A DNA stretch of 64,000 nucleotides, taken from NCBI GenBank assembly GCA_902384675.1, contig CABMCT010000025.1:2791-66790 (forward strand), in the 5' to 3' direction. A program made the position numbers and the translations under genes. Below, in pieces: positions 57,313 through 64,000 of this stretch. Position 1 is the first letter of the stretch; each line of letters begins with the position of its first letter. The DNA comes from an uncultured archaeon. Its GTDB lineage: Archaea; EX4484-52; LFW-46. The notes beneath the pieces were generated by a model, which saw nothing but the letters and a program-made list of their open reading frames with translations, ran no database searches and had not been told where the DNA came from.

Positions 57313-57690
57313 TCACATCCTTAGCTGTTTTATATCTGTTGGAAAGGCAACAGAACTCTTTTTTGATTTTTTAAGATAGTCGTTCCTTAAGGCCATAGCA
57401 GATATACTTTCCTGAATCAGATTAGAAAGAAATTCGGCATTTATTCCCAATGCAACCTTAATCTGGTTTCCGTCGTCTTCGTCTATTATCCATTCAAAAT
57501 TATCCTGCTTTTTGTTGTATGTAATCCTGTTGATGCCGGCTTTTTTTAAAGGAACTACACGAACAACGTTTTTTTCGATAAGCGCACGGATGAAGTGAGA
57601 AGGAGTTATTTTTTCCTTTTCGCAATAATTGCGAAGTTGTGTGTATGTCTCTACCGGTATCTTTGAAGAAATATTCCGTAATTCTTCCAT
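57313..57690 (-). CDS. ribbon-helix-helix-like small protein
   Basis: IPVETYTQLRNYCEKEKITPSHFIRALIE fits a CopG/RHH pattern. Located between hsdR and hsdM. Confidence 0.45.
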   Translation of the reverse strand: MEELRNISSKIPVETYTQLRNYCEKEKITPSHFIRALIEKNVVRVVPLKKAGINRITYNKKQDNFEWIIDEDDGNQIKVALGINAEFLSNLIQESISAMALRNDYLKKSKKSSVAFPTDIKQLRM

Positions 57691-57743
57691 GACGGAAATT
57701 AAATACGAAGCTTTATATGCTTTTTTGGTAAACTTCGGTTTAC

Positions 57744-60608
57744 CTATAAAAACACATCTTTTTCAAGTTGGTTGCAGAGTGAAATCATTCCCTGAAGCTC
57801 ATCCTTGTTAAACATGGGAACTGGCGCATTAACACCAAAGTTTGTAAATGGTGCGTCAAATAAATCAGAATATTCGATATGCTTCTTCTTTGCAAAAAAT
57901 GTCTGCAAGGTCCTTAAAAAATTGAGCTGGTCTGCATTGTAAAGCTTGTTGTTCTCGACAAGATACGTTTCAAACGCCTTCTTTATTTTCGTCTCGGGAG
58001 ATTCTTCCTTATAGAGTCCGAGGGTTTCCTTTATGAAATTAACAAAGGTTCCTTTATAGAACTGCTTCAACACATCTTCAGTAAAATACAACTCCGGGCT
58101 GTTCAACGTTTCCTCCAGAGCACGAACGTCTTTTTCTGTGAGTTTCTCGTTTTTGAATATTTTCTTTATTGTTGGATGGCTGGCTACAAGCTCTTTTATG
58201 CGCTTATCGACCTTTTCCTTATAGATTTTGACATATTCCTGCTCGGCGTTCGGGCCAAATTCTATTATTTTCCGCTGTTCTACGACGTCGTCAACATCGA
58301 TAATTATCGGCTCTCGTGGCTCGTCCATTTTGAATCTCATGATGTCCGCGAATTCGTCAATAAGCATCTGTGCATCATCAAAAGTTACGTCATTCCAGAA
58401 TTTTTTATCCAGCGACTTATCAAGAAGCTCTTCCTTTTTCTTTACCTGATTTAGCGTTCTTGGCAGGCAGTCAAGCATCTCGCCGATTTCATTCGGAAGC
58501 CGCTCAAGCTCTTTTTCATTGTTTTTAAGCGTCGCAAGCGCCAATCGTTCCGCTTTGAGAGTAAATGATGCAACATTTATGTTCACATTTTGCTTATAGC
58601 GCATCAGTGGTGCAACCTCCTTTTTTAAGAACTCAATTGGGTTGGTTCCTACATTAGTCCATAATTTTGGTGATAGCGCCTTTTCAACAACCCTTAACTG
58701 TTCGCGGATAGAAACAGAATCTTTTGGAAGCGAATCAACATCTTCAGTTATTTTTTCCTTCAAAAGCTCTGCCCTTTTGATATCTCCTTTTTTCATCAAA
58801 TTCTCAAGTTGCTCAATCCGTATTCTGAAAATCCTGTTTGTAATTGCTTCGCCGGATTCTGTCTGCTCCCCTTCCGGCTTCATGCTGAATCGTTCAAAGT
58901 TATTCCAGAAGTCAAATATCTTAAAATACTCTTTTTTGCCGTTCGGCAGCCATTCTTTATGTTCGCACGCGCTGTTTGCTCTTGTTCCGCGCCCGATCAT
59001 TTGCCAGAACTTTATTTTTGAGAAAACAGGCTTTGCAAAGACAAGATTGCATACTTCAGGCACGTCTATGCCTGTATCAAGCATATCAACAGAAATAGCC
59101 ACCCTTGGCCACTTATTTTTTTCAAATTCTGCAATACTATCCTGCGCTCGCGAATCTTCCGAAACTATGATTTTCGCAAGCTTTGACTTGTATTCAGGAT
59201 AGAGCCGCTCAAATGCTTCCCATAGCCTTTTTGCATGTTTTTTCGAAAGGGCAAAAATTATCGATTTCGCAGGAATTGTGCCTGTTTCGTCCGTGAGACA
59301 ATGGTCCATAAATTCCTTTACAAGCGCTTCATTTGTTCCTGTTGTTACGAATTTCTTTTCAAACTCCGTGCCTTCAAAATTTATTTCGTCGGGATTCATG
59401 CCACGCTCAAGCATTTCTTTCGTCATGTCCTTGCTTAAATCACCCACTTTTACGCCCTTTATTTGAAAATGTGTTTGCTCCCCTTGTACTTTGAAGTCGC
59501 AAAGAACACCGTCTTTTACTGCATCTTCATAACTGTAAACCGCTATTGCCTGCTTGCCGTCACACTCAAAGAATCTGAATGTATCGCGATCCATTAAATC
59601 CGCAGGCGTAGCTGTAAGTCCTATCTGCACAGCATCAAAATATGTAAAAACGTCTTTCCACTTGTTGTAAATGGATCTATGCGCTTCGTCTGAAATTATT
59701 AAGTCAAAATACCCCGGAGATATTTCTGTGTAGCACTCGCTCAATGTTTGTATTGTCGATACGTAAAGATTTGCATCTTTGTCTATTGTTCCTGAGAAAA
59801 TTTTGGCTTTCGATTCTTCTGGGAAGAACTTTTTGAATCCTTTGTCATACGCTTGATCCCTAAGCGCCTTGCGGTCCGCCAAAAACAGTATTTTTTGGGC
59901 TTGTTTCGCCTTCATCATTATGTCGATGATTGACATGGCAACACGGGTTTTTCCGGTGCCCGTTGCCATAACAACTAGCGCTTTTCTATGGCCTTTGTCC
60001 AGATGCTCCAATACTCTTTTAACACATTCGATGCTCTTCGGTCGGTCTACAATAGCCTTATTTACAGGAAAACGCGATAACTTTTGGCGATTCTTATTCT
60101 GAAATGTTATCCGTTCTAGATCTTCTCTTGAATAGAATCCCCTAAGTTGGCGTAGCCCTTGATATGGCCTGTTCCAGAACCATATCTCGTAGCCGTTTGA
60201 GAGAAAAATAAAAACATCCTTTCCAGTTTGCTTCTTTAGGTCATCTGCATATTGCGCCGCCTGCGTTTGTGCGGTTGCAATGGGGTCTTTTGATGTCCTT
60301 TTCGCTTCAATTATCGCCAAAGGGTCACCATTTGAGTCCAACAGAAGATAATCTACGTATTTGCTCTCTAAATCATTTTTTAGCGTTTGATTAACCGTTT
60401 TATAATCGCGAATTTTGAAGTTAGATTGTTTTGTGTCTATTTCTTCAATAATGTTAATTGCCTTGCCATAACGTTCTTTTGGTTCAGCAACAACTGCCGA
60501 TGCAGCACTAGCATGTTTGGGTAGCACCCACCCCTGTTCTCTTAACAATACATCTATTTTGGATGTTCTTGTTTGGAATTCCGATAAACCGGGATTATTT
60601 GCCATCAT
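57744..60608 (-). CDS. hsdR: Type I restriction enzyme R subunit (EcoEI-like with a C-terminal helical domain)
   Basis: N-terminal nuclease motif YVDYLLLDSNGDPLAIIEAKRTS, helicase motif I MATGTGKTR, motif II DEAHR and motif VI QMIGRGTR. Confidence 0.95.
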   Translation of the reverse strand: MMANNPGLSEFQTRTSKIDVLLREQGWVLPKHASAASAVVAEPKERYGKAINIIEEIDTKQSNFKIRDYKTVNQTLKNDLESKYVDYLLLDSNGDPLAIIEAKRTSKDPIATAQTQAAQYADDLKKQTGKDVFIFLSNGYEIWFWNRPYQGLRQLRGFYSREDLERITFQNKNRQKLSRFPVNKAIVDRPKSIECVKRVLEHLDKGHRKALVVMATGTGKTRVAMSIIDIMMKAKQAQKILFLADRKALRDQAYDKGFKKFFPEESKAKIFSGTIDKDANLYVSTIQTLSECYTEISPGYFDLIISDEAHRSIYNKWKDVFTYFDAVQIGLTATPADLMDRDTFRFFECDGKQAIAVYSYEDAVKDGVLCDFKVQGEQTHFQIKGVKVGDLSKDMTKEMLERGMNPDEINFEGTEFEKKFVTTGTNEALVKEFMDHCLTDETGTIPAKSIIFALSKKHAKRLWEAFERLYPEYKSKLAKIIVSEDSRAQDSIAEFEKNKWPRVAISVDMLDTGIDVPEVCNLVFAKPVFSKIKFWQMIGRGTRANSACEHKEWLPNGKKEYFKIFDFWNNFERFSMKPEGEQTESGEAITNRIFRIRIEQLENLMKKGDIKRAELLKEKITEDVDSLPKDSVSIREQLRVVEKALSPKLWTNVGTNPIEFLKKEVAPLMRYKQNVNINVASFTLKAERLALATLKNNEKELERLPNEIGEMLDCLPRTLNQVKKKEELLDKSLDKKFWNDVTFDDAQMLIDEFADIMRFKMDEPREPIIIDVDDVVEQRKIIEFGPNAEQEYVKIYKEKVDKRIKELVASHPTIKKIFKNEKLTEKDVRALEETLNSPELYFTEDVLKQFYKGTFVNFIKETLGLYKEESPETKIKKAFETYLVENNKLYNADQLNFLRTLQTFFAKKKHIEYSDLFDAPFTNFGVNAPVPMFNKDELQGMISLCNQLEKDVFL

Positions 60609-60682
60609 ACAATAAATAATACCAGTTAAATATAAATTGATATGATCTACTTGAAATTACTCTTTATGTCGCTTGTATTCCC

Positions 60683-60883
60683 TCATCTTTCCCTTCTCAC
60701 CAAGACCCTTAGCCCCACTTGCTCCTTGTAGATTTTCTTCCGGTTCTGTATTGCAATTATCAAATCGATATACTTCTTAATGGTGCGGTGATCCAGTCGG
60801 GTTCTGCAGGTAAGCTGGTGCACGCTAACGCCTTCCGCAGGAATATACTCGAGAAGTTTCATCAGAAGGTCATTAGCAACCAT
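60683..60883 (-). CDS. small winged-helix-like protein at the head of the minus-strand block
   Basis: From the ATG at 60883: MVANDLLMKLLEYIPAEGVSVHQLTCRTRLDHRTIKKYIDLI. HTH-like pattern. Weak assignment. Confidence 0.4.
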   Translation of the reverse strand: MVANDLLMKLLEYIPAEGVSVHQLTCRTRLDHRTIKKYIDLIIAIQNRKKIYKEQVGLRVLVRRER

Positions 60884-60898
60884 GCAAATCACTTTCAA

Positions 60899-61019
60899 AC
60901 GTTGAAACTCCGCGTTGAAACGCGGAGCGAAATCTTGAGGCGAAGCCGAAAGAGCCGGGAACGAAGTGACCGGACTTTGAAATGGCTTGAAAATCCGAAC
61001 TTTCGCGCGTGGATTTTCA
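60899..61019. repeat. intergenic hairpin repeat units of the chromosomal family
   Basis: CTCCGCG-TTGAAA-CGCGGAG hairpin at about 60909-60928. TGAAAATCC (60988-60996) pairs with GGATTTTCA (61011-61019). Positions 60984-61003 are identical to 8370-8389. Confidence 0.7.
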
Positions 61020-61078
61020 TGACGCAGGATTATATCTGTGCTTAATCCCGCTTAATTGATTATGCGCTGGCTGCTCCT

Positions 61079-61128
61079 TTCCTAGGAATATTCAGAATCA
61101 AGGCGGCTTCCTAGGAAGTTCCTAGGAA
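61079..61128. promoter_or_regulatory. three copies of the 10-bp palindrome TTCCTAGGAA
   Basis: Exact copies at 61079-61088, 61108-61117 and 61119-61128, upstream of the minus-strand wHTH/hsdR block. Confidence 0.6.
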
Positions 61129-61320
61129 AAAATCAGGAATAAAAACAATCCACCAAAAGATTTTAAGGCAGTTAAGAAAGTAATAAAAACGTTAGTTTCT
61201 GGATTCGCCGAGTTTGCTAAGGAGCATCCTGAATTACTCGATGATAAATCCAAATGAAATAAAGCAAAGATTTTTAAAAATGGTCCCCAAATAAGCTATG
61301 TTCATTCTATTAGTTTTAAT

Positions 61321-61403
61321 GGATGGGTAGGGAAGCGGTAACCCGCCAGACTGTCAATCTGGTGCCCGCAGGGGCGTCGTGGGTTCAAATCCCACCCCAT
61401 GAC
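61321..61403 (+). tRNA. aberrant tRNA-Asp(GUC)-like sequence (possible micro-intron; imperfect acceptor stem)
   Basis: The anticodon arm CCAGA-CTGTCAA-TCTGG and the T-arm GTGGG-TTCAAAT-CCCAC are canonical. An extra 12-nt hairpin GCCCGCAGGGGC sits in the variable region. In the acceptor stem GGATGGG/CCCATGA, only 5 of 7 positions pair. Confidence 0.45.
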
Positions 61404-61479
61404 TACGTAGCCTTAGCTATGCCACGAGAAATAGGGTCATTCTCACTGAACAACGATAAAATCTGCAAAGGTCACAGCT

Positions 61480-61953
61480 TTAAATTTTAGAACCCCCTTT
61501 GTTGATTAACCGCGCATAATCTCCAAAATCCACTGTCCATTGATGCCGGGACCTGTCGTGCCATTTTTCAAATGCCTCCTTATAGTGTTCATCAAACACC
61601 TTTCGAGTACATGCATTAACAGTCATGAAATGCTTGATTATGCTTTCAAAATCCAGCTGTCCCTTGTCCGCCATAATTCTGGCAAGGCCGATATGCTTCA
61701 CATGATGGCATAAGTCGCAGAGAGCGATAAAGCCGGTAAGTTTCTGTATGTGCTTCTGGTCGTCATATTCCCAGATCTCGTGGCAGTTCAGTTTGCCGGA
61801 AGCCCCGCAAATTCCGCATTTATGATTATAATCTTCATACGACTTTTTGCGCACTTTGTCCCATTCCTGCGTAGATAACACTTTGCGCATGTTGTTATAC
61901 CAAGACGTGGATGGAACGAGTTCGATTGTTAATTTTAAAGCCATGACCATCAC
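61480..61953 (-). CDS. HNH-like zinc-binding protein
   Basis: ELVPSTSWYNNMRKVL...CGICGASGKLNCHEIWEYDD...LCDLCHHVKHIG has a CxxC..H..CxxCH pattern typical of a small HNH-type family. Overlaps the upstream gene by 4 nt. Confidence 0.5.
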   Translation of the reverse strand: MMVMALKLTIELVPSTSWYNNMRKVLSTQEWDKVRKKSYEDYNHKCGICGASGKLNCHEIWEYDDQKHIQKLTGFIALCDLCHHVKHIGLARIMADKGQLDFESIIKHFMTVNACTRKVFDEHYKEAFEKWHDRSRHQWTVDFGDYARLINKGGSKI

Positions 61954-62780
61954 TTTCCGGGCAAGAAGAGCTGTTGGCTGCGCACTTTTAGCCTGTATTT
62001 ACCATCGCTTGTTTTTTTGACTTTCTTGTTTTTGAGCAGCAGATTCAAAAAACGGTTTAGTGAAGGTTTGTCCAATTCTGTCCTCTTTAGCAGATCTTCT
62101 TCGGACAAATCTTCCCTGTACAGCTGGAGGTATATTGCAAGATACGGGTATGTTTCTTGTTCGAGGTCTTTCAGGAGCTTGTTATATATTGGTACTTGTA
62201 TATGTTCCCTTTCCTGCATCTCCTCGATTCGCTCCAACAGATAGGACTTCCAGATACTGGACGCGCCCCCTTTGCTTTGGTCGGTTATTTCGTCGTATAT
62301 TGTGTTCCAATTTATTCCGGTCTTAAAGAGCGCAACACAATCCTCATAATCACCGGCCCTCGAGAATACTGACTTCAACAGAAATATGTCTTCAGATGAC
62401 AGCATGCTTACCACCAGATTGCTATAAGTGCCTTTGATTTTCGAGCGGGCAATCATATTCTTTGAAAGCGAGAGCTTGCCGCAGATAATTTTCAGGAATA
62501 CGTCGAACCGGTCATTTTGGCGGTTGTATATGCCTGCCGGCTCAAGGTTCTTGTACTCTTCAGTAAGCGGCCTGGATTCAAACCCCAATTTTTTCAGCGT
62601 ATTTACAAATGTGCCTAATTCCTCCCTGGTCTCCAAAACGACATCGATATCTTTAGTAGCATCTTTCAGCCCCGAGAACATTAATGCTGCTCCGCCAAAT
62701 ACGTACAGGGTAACCTTTTTACTCAGTTTTTTGCCAATTTCGCCAAAAAGAGCATCCAACTCTTTAGTATTTGATATCAT
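61950..62780 (-). CDS. minimal nucleotidyltransferase-fold protein with a C-terminal wHTH
   Basis: VTLYVFGGAALMFSGLKDATKDIDVVLE shows the NTase GG...DxD pattern. The C-terminus LLKRTELDKPSLNRFLNLLLKNKKVKKTSDGKYRL is wHTH-like. Confidence 0.55.
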   Translation of the reverse strand: MISNTKELDALFGEIGKKLSKKVTLYVFGGAALMFSGLKDATKDIDVVLETREELGTFVNTLKKLGFESRPLTEEYKNLEPAGIYNRQNDRFDVFLKIICGKLSLSKNMIARSKIKGTYSNLVVSMLSSEDIFLLKSVFSRAGDYEDCVALFKTGINWNTIYDEITDQSKGGASSIWKSYLLERIEEMQEREHIQVPIYNKLLKDLEQETYPYLAIYLQLYREDLSEEDLLKRTELDKPSLNRFLNLLLKNKKVKKTSDGKYRLKVRSQQLFLPGK

Positions 62781-63669
62781 ACAATTCAGCCTTCTGTTTT
62801 ATTTCTTCCGTGGTGGGATATTCTCTTATGGTTTCACCCTTAAGAATCGCATTTATCTTGTTTATATATCCGCGTAATTTGTATTTTTCTTCAATATATT
62901 TAATATCCAGTAAGCCTTTATTCTTTAGATAAAATAATATTGTGAATAATCTTTTCCTCATGTTGTCTGAGCAAAGGGCTGCGTGAGCAAACACATCGTT
63001 GATACCTAATTTCTGCGGAGGCATACAGAAATAATTATGAGTTAGTCTAACTGGTATTCCATACTTGTCAAATACGGAAAATGCCGTAAACGTCGCTGTT
63101 TTTTCGTCTATTTTTAAATTTGCAGGCACCTCAAATAATTTCAAATCTTTAGTTTCATAAAGTACTCTGGATACTGTCGGAAGATTCGTATAAGCCAAAA
63201 CATTCTGATATTTAGAGCAGCTCTCCAAAAAATCAACTAATTCGGACCACAGAACGTTGTTTAATTTGTAATATCTGCCCTGCTTTACGACGACCCCGTA
63301 TTTCAAAAAGCCCCTGAGATGCTTGTAAATTAGCGGCTTTGAAAGCCCTGACAGGTCGCGGATTCGTTTCCCGGTTCTTTTAGTAAAAAGCAGCATCAGA
63401 ACATCCAGCCGGGAATCTGCCAGAATTTCTTCAAAGTTTGTTCTAGGATGCTCTAAAAGCAGGTTCCTGAGGTAGTAAGCGTGTACATTGCTTGAAATCG
63501 AATATTGGGTACCCTTTTTTTCCAAAAAGCCCTTCTCCTTTAAGTCTGTAATCGATTTAGAGGTATATTGCTGTGTGAGCTTAAGCTGGCCTGCTGTCTC
63601 TTTAGAGGTACCGCTACCTTTGCTATATATTAGCTCCAATATTTTCAGCTGGGTTTTTGTCAATCTCAT
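62764..63669 (-). CDS. HTH protein (MarR/TrmB-like N-terminus, AbiEi-like architecture)
   Basis: LTKTQLKILELIYSKGSGTSKETAGQLKLTQQYTSKSITDLKEKGFLEKKG. ATG at 63669 is preferred over the GTG at 63678. Overlaps the NTase gene by 17 nt. Confidence 0.55.
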   Translation of the reverse strand: MRLTKTQLKILELIYSKGSGTSKETAGQLKLTQQYTSKSITDLKEKGFLEKKGTQYSISSNVHAYYLRNLLLEHPRTNFEEILADSRLDVLMLLFTKRTGKRIRDLSGLSKPLIYKHLRGFLKYGVVVKQGRYYKLNNVLWSELVDFLESCSKYQNVLAYTNLPTVSRVLYETKDLKLFEVPANLKIDEKTATFTAFSVFDKYGIPVRLTHNYFCMPPQKLGINDVFAHAALCSDNMRKRLFTILFYLKNKGLLDIKYIEEKYKLRGYINKINAILKGETIREYPTTEEIKQKAELYDIKY

Positions 63670-63681
63670 AAGTATCACATT

Positions 63682-63842
63682 AGATTAAAAATATATCAAT
63701 TTTAATCTTATATTATACTGTTAATATAGCTTTATAAATCTTTAATATGGTTATTTCACGCACTTTTATGTAATAAATGCGTATTAGTGTTATTTATCAA
63801 TAAAAAGTATATTATTAGATTAAAAAATAGAATATTTAATCT
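63682..63842. promoter_or_regulatory. two copies of an operator-like palindrome (AGATTAAAA N9-10 TTTTAATCT)
   Basis: First inverted repeat arms at 63682-63690 and 63700-63708 (9 bp, perfect). Second at 63817-63824 and 63835-63842 (8 bp). Both share the flanking ATTAGATTAAAAA...TTAATCTTA. The first begins 13 nt upstream of the HTH gene ATG. Confidence 0.55.
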
Positions 63843-64000
63843 TAAATTATATTATTTGCTCCCAAAGCACTCAAATTATCAGGATAAAAACAATCTACCA
63901 ATATGTCTTATTATGGCAAACGAAAAGAAAGATGGCCCGGAAGAAAAATACCCCGAACTCTGGGAAATCCTGAAAAAGAAAGGGTACGTTGGAAAAATAA

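Larger units (their letters stand above)
36765..60898. mobile_element. integrated element (ICE- or plasmid-like) flanking tRNA-Leu; minimal extent, right end not defined
   Basis: Directly after the tRNA: tyrosine integrase, Orc1/Cdc6, VirB2/3/4/6-like genes, R-M, AbiE and a HEPN protein. There is no housekeeping gene in this stretch. Some segments look AT-rich by eye. No attR direct repeat was found. Confidence 0.65.

Noticed and set aside
61157-61260. An ATG-less open frame ending in SGFAEFAKEHPELLDDKSK*.
   Set aside because: It has no start codon and only about 37 codons. It may be a gene remnant but is not supportable.
1-64000. Search for CRISPR arrays, rRNA genes and IS elements with transposases.
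   Set aside because: No regularly spaced direct repeats were seen. No rRNA-like conserved segments were seen. No transposase-like ORF was recognised. The only recombinase seen is the tyrosine integrase.
36700-64000. Search for attR as a direct repeat of the tRNA-Leu 3' half (GGGGTTCAAATCCCCTCCCCTGCA).
   Set aside because: Only short chance matches were seen by eye (for example TCAAATCCC at about 39636 and CCTGCATA at about 49560). The TTCAAATCCCAC at 61384 belongs to a different tRNA-like sequence. A computational alignment is needed, so no att site is claimed.
63903-64000. A partial plus-strand ORF running off the window (MANEKKDGPEEKYPELWEILKKKGYVGKI from 63913, or another frame from 63903).
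   Set aside because: Both frames stay open to the window edge and no motif is present. The frame and start cannot be decided.

Overview
This window is archaeal. Diagnostic genes include TBP, PCNA, TFS, GGGP synthase, a class I CCA-adding enzyme, Orc1/Cdc6, EndoQ, Taw1 and type II GAPDH. The lineage cannot be fixed from the window; many short unknown proteins and irregular tRNA genes suggest an uncultivated small-genome archaeon, but that is only inference.

Positions 1-36.6 kb are ordinary chromosome. They carry an MTA/5-deoxyadenosine salvage cluster, lipid and information-processing genes, a por operon, gap-pgk-glmS, tbp, an Rqc2/NFACT homologue, taw1 and endoQ. A family of short hairpin repeats is scattered through the intergenic regions.

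An intron-containing tRNA-Leu(GAG) lies at 36,652-36,764. An accessory island begins directly after it and runs at least to about 60.9 kb, possibly past the window end. It contains:
- a tyrosine integrase
- an ApeA-like HEPN protein
- Orc1/Cdc6 with a translationally coupled histone-fold-like mini-protein
- a PAP2 phosphatase
- an AbiEi/AbiEii pair
- a 15.6-kb block of tightly packed genes, all on the minus strand

That block reads: wHTH, hsdR, RHH, hsdM, an Mrr-like nuclease-TPR fusion, hsdS, two unknown proteins, a beta-class DNA methyltransferase, two VirB2-like pilin paralogues, a VirB6-like protein, a VirB3/PrgI-like protein, and a VirB4-like ATPase with a C-terminal nuclease-like domain.

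The best candidates for something undescribed are (a) the three extra genes embedded in the Type I R-M operon and (b) the minimal archaeal conjugation or DNA-import module joined to them.

Beyond 61 kb there is an aberrant tRNA-Asp-like sequence and a three-gene cassette (HTH, nucleotidyltransferase, HNH-like Zn protein). No CRISPR array or rRNA gene was seen. All functional calls rest on motif recognition by eye from the translated ORFs; no database search was run.
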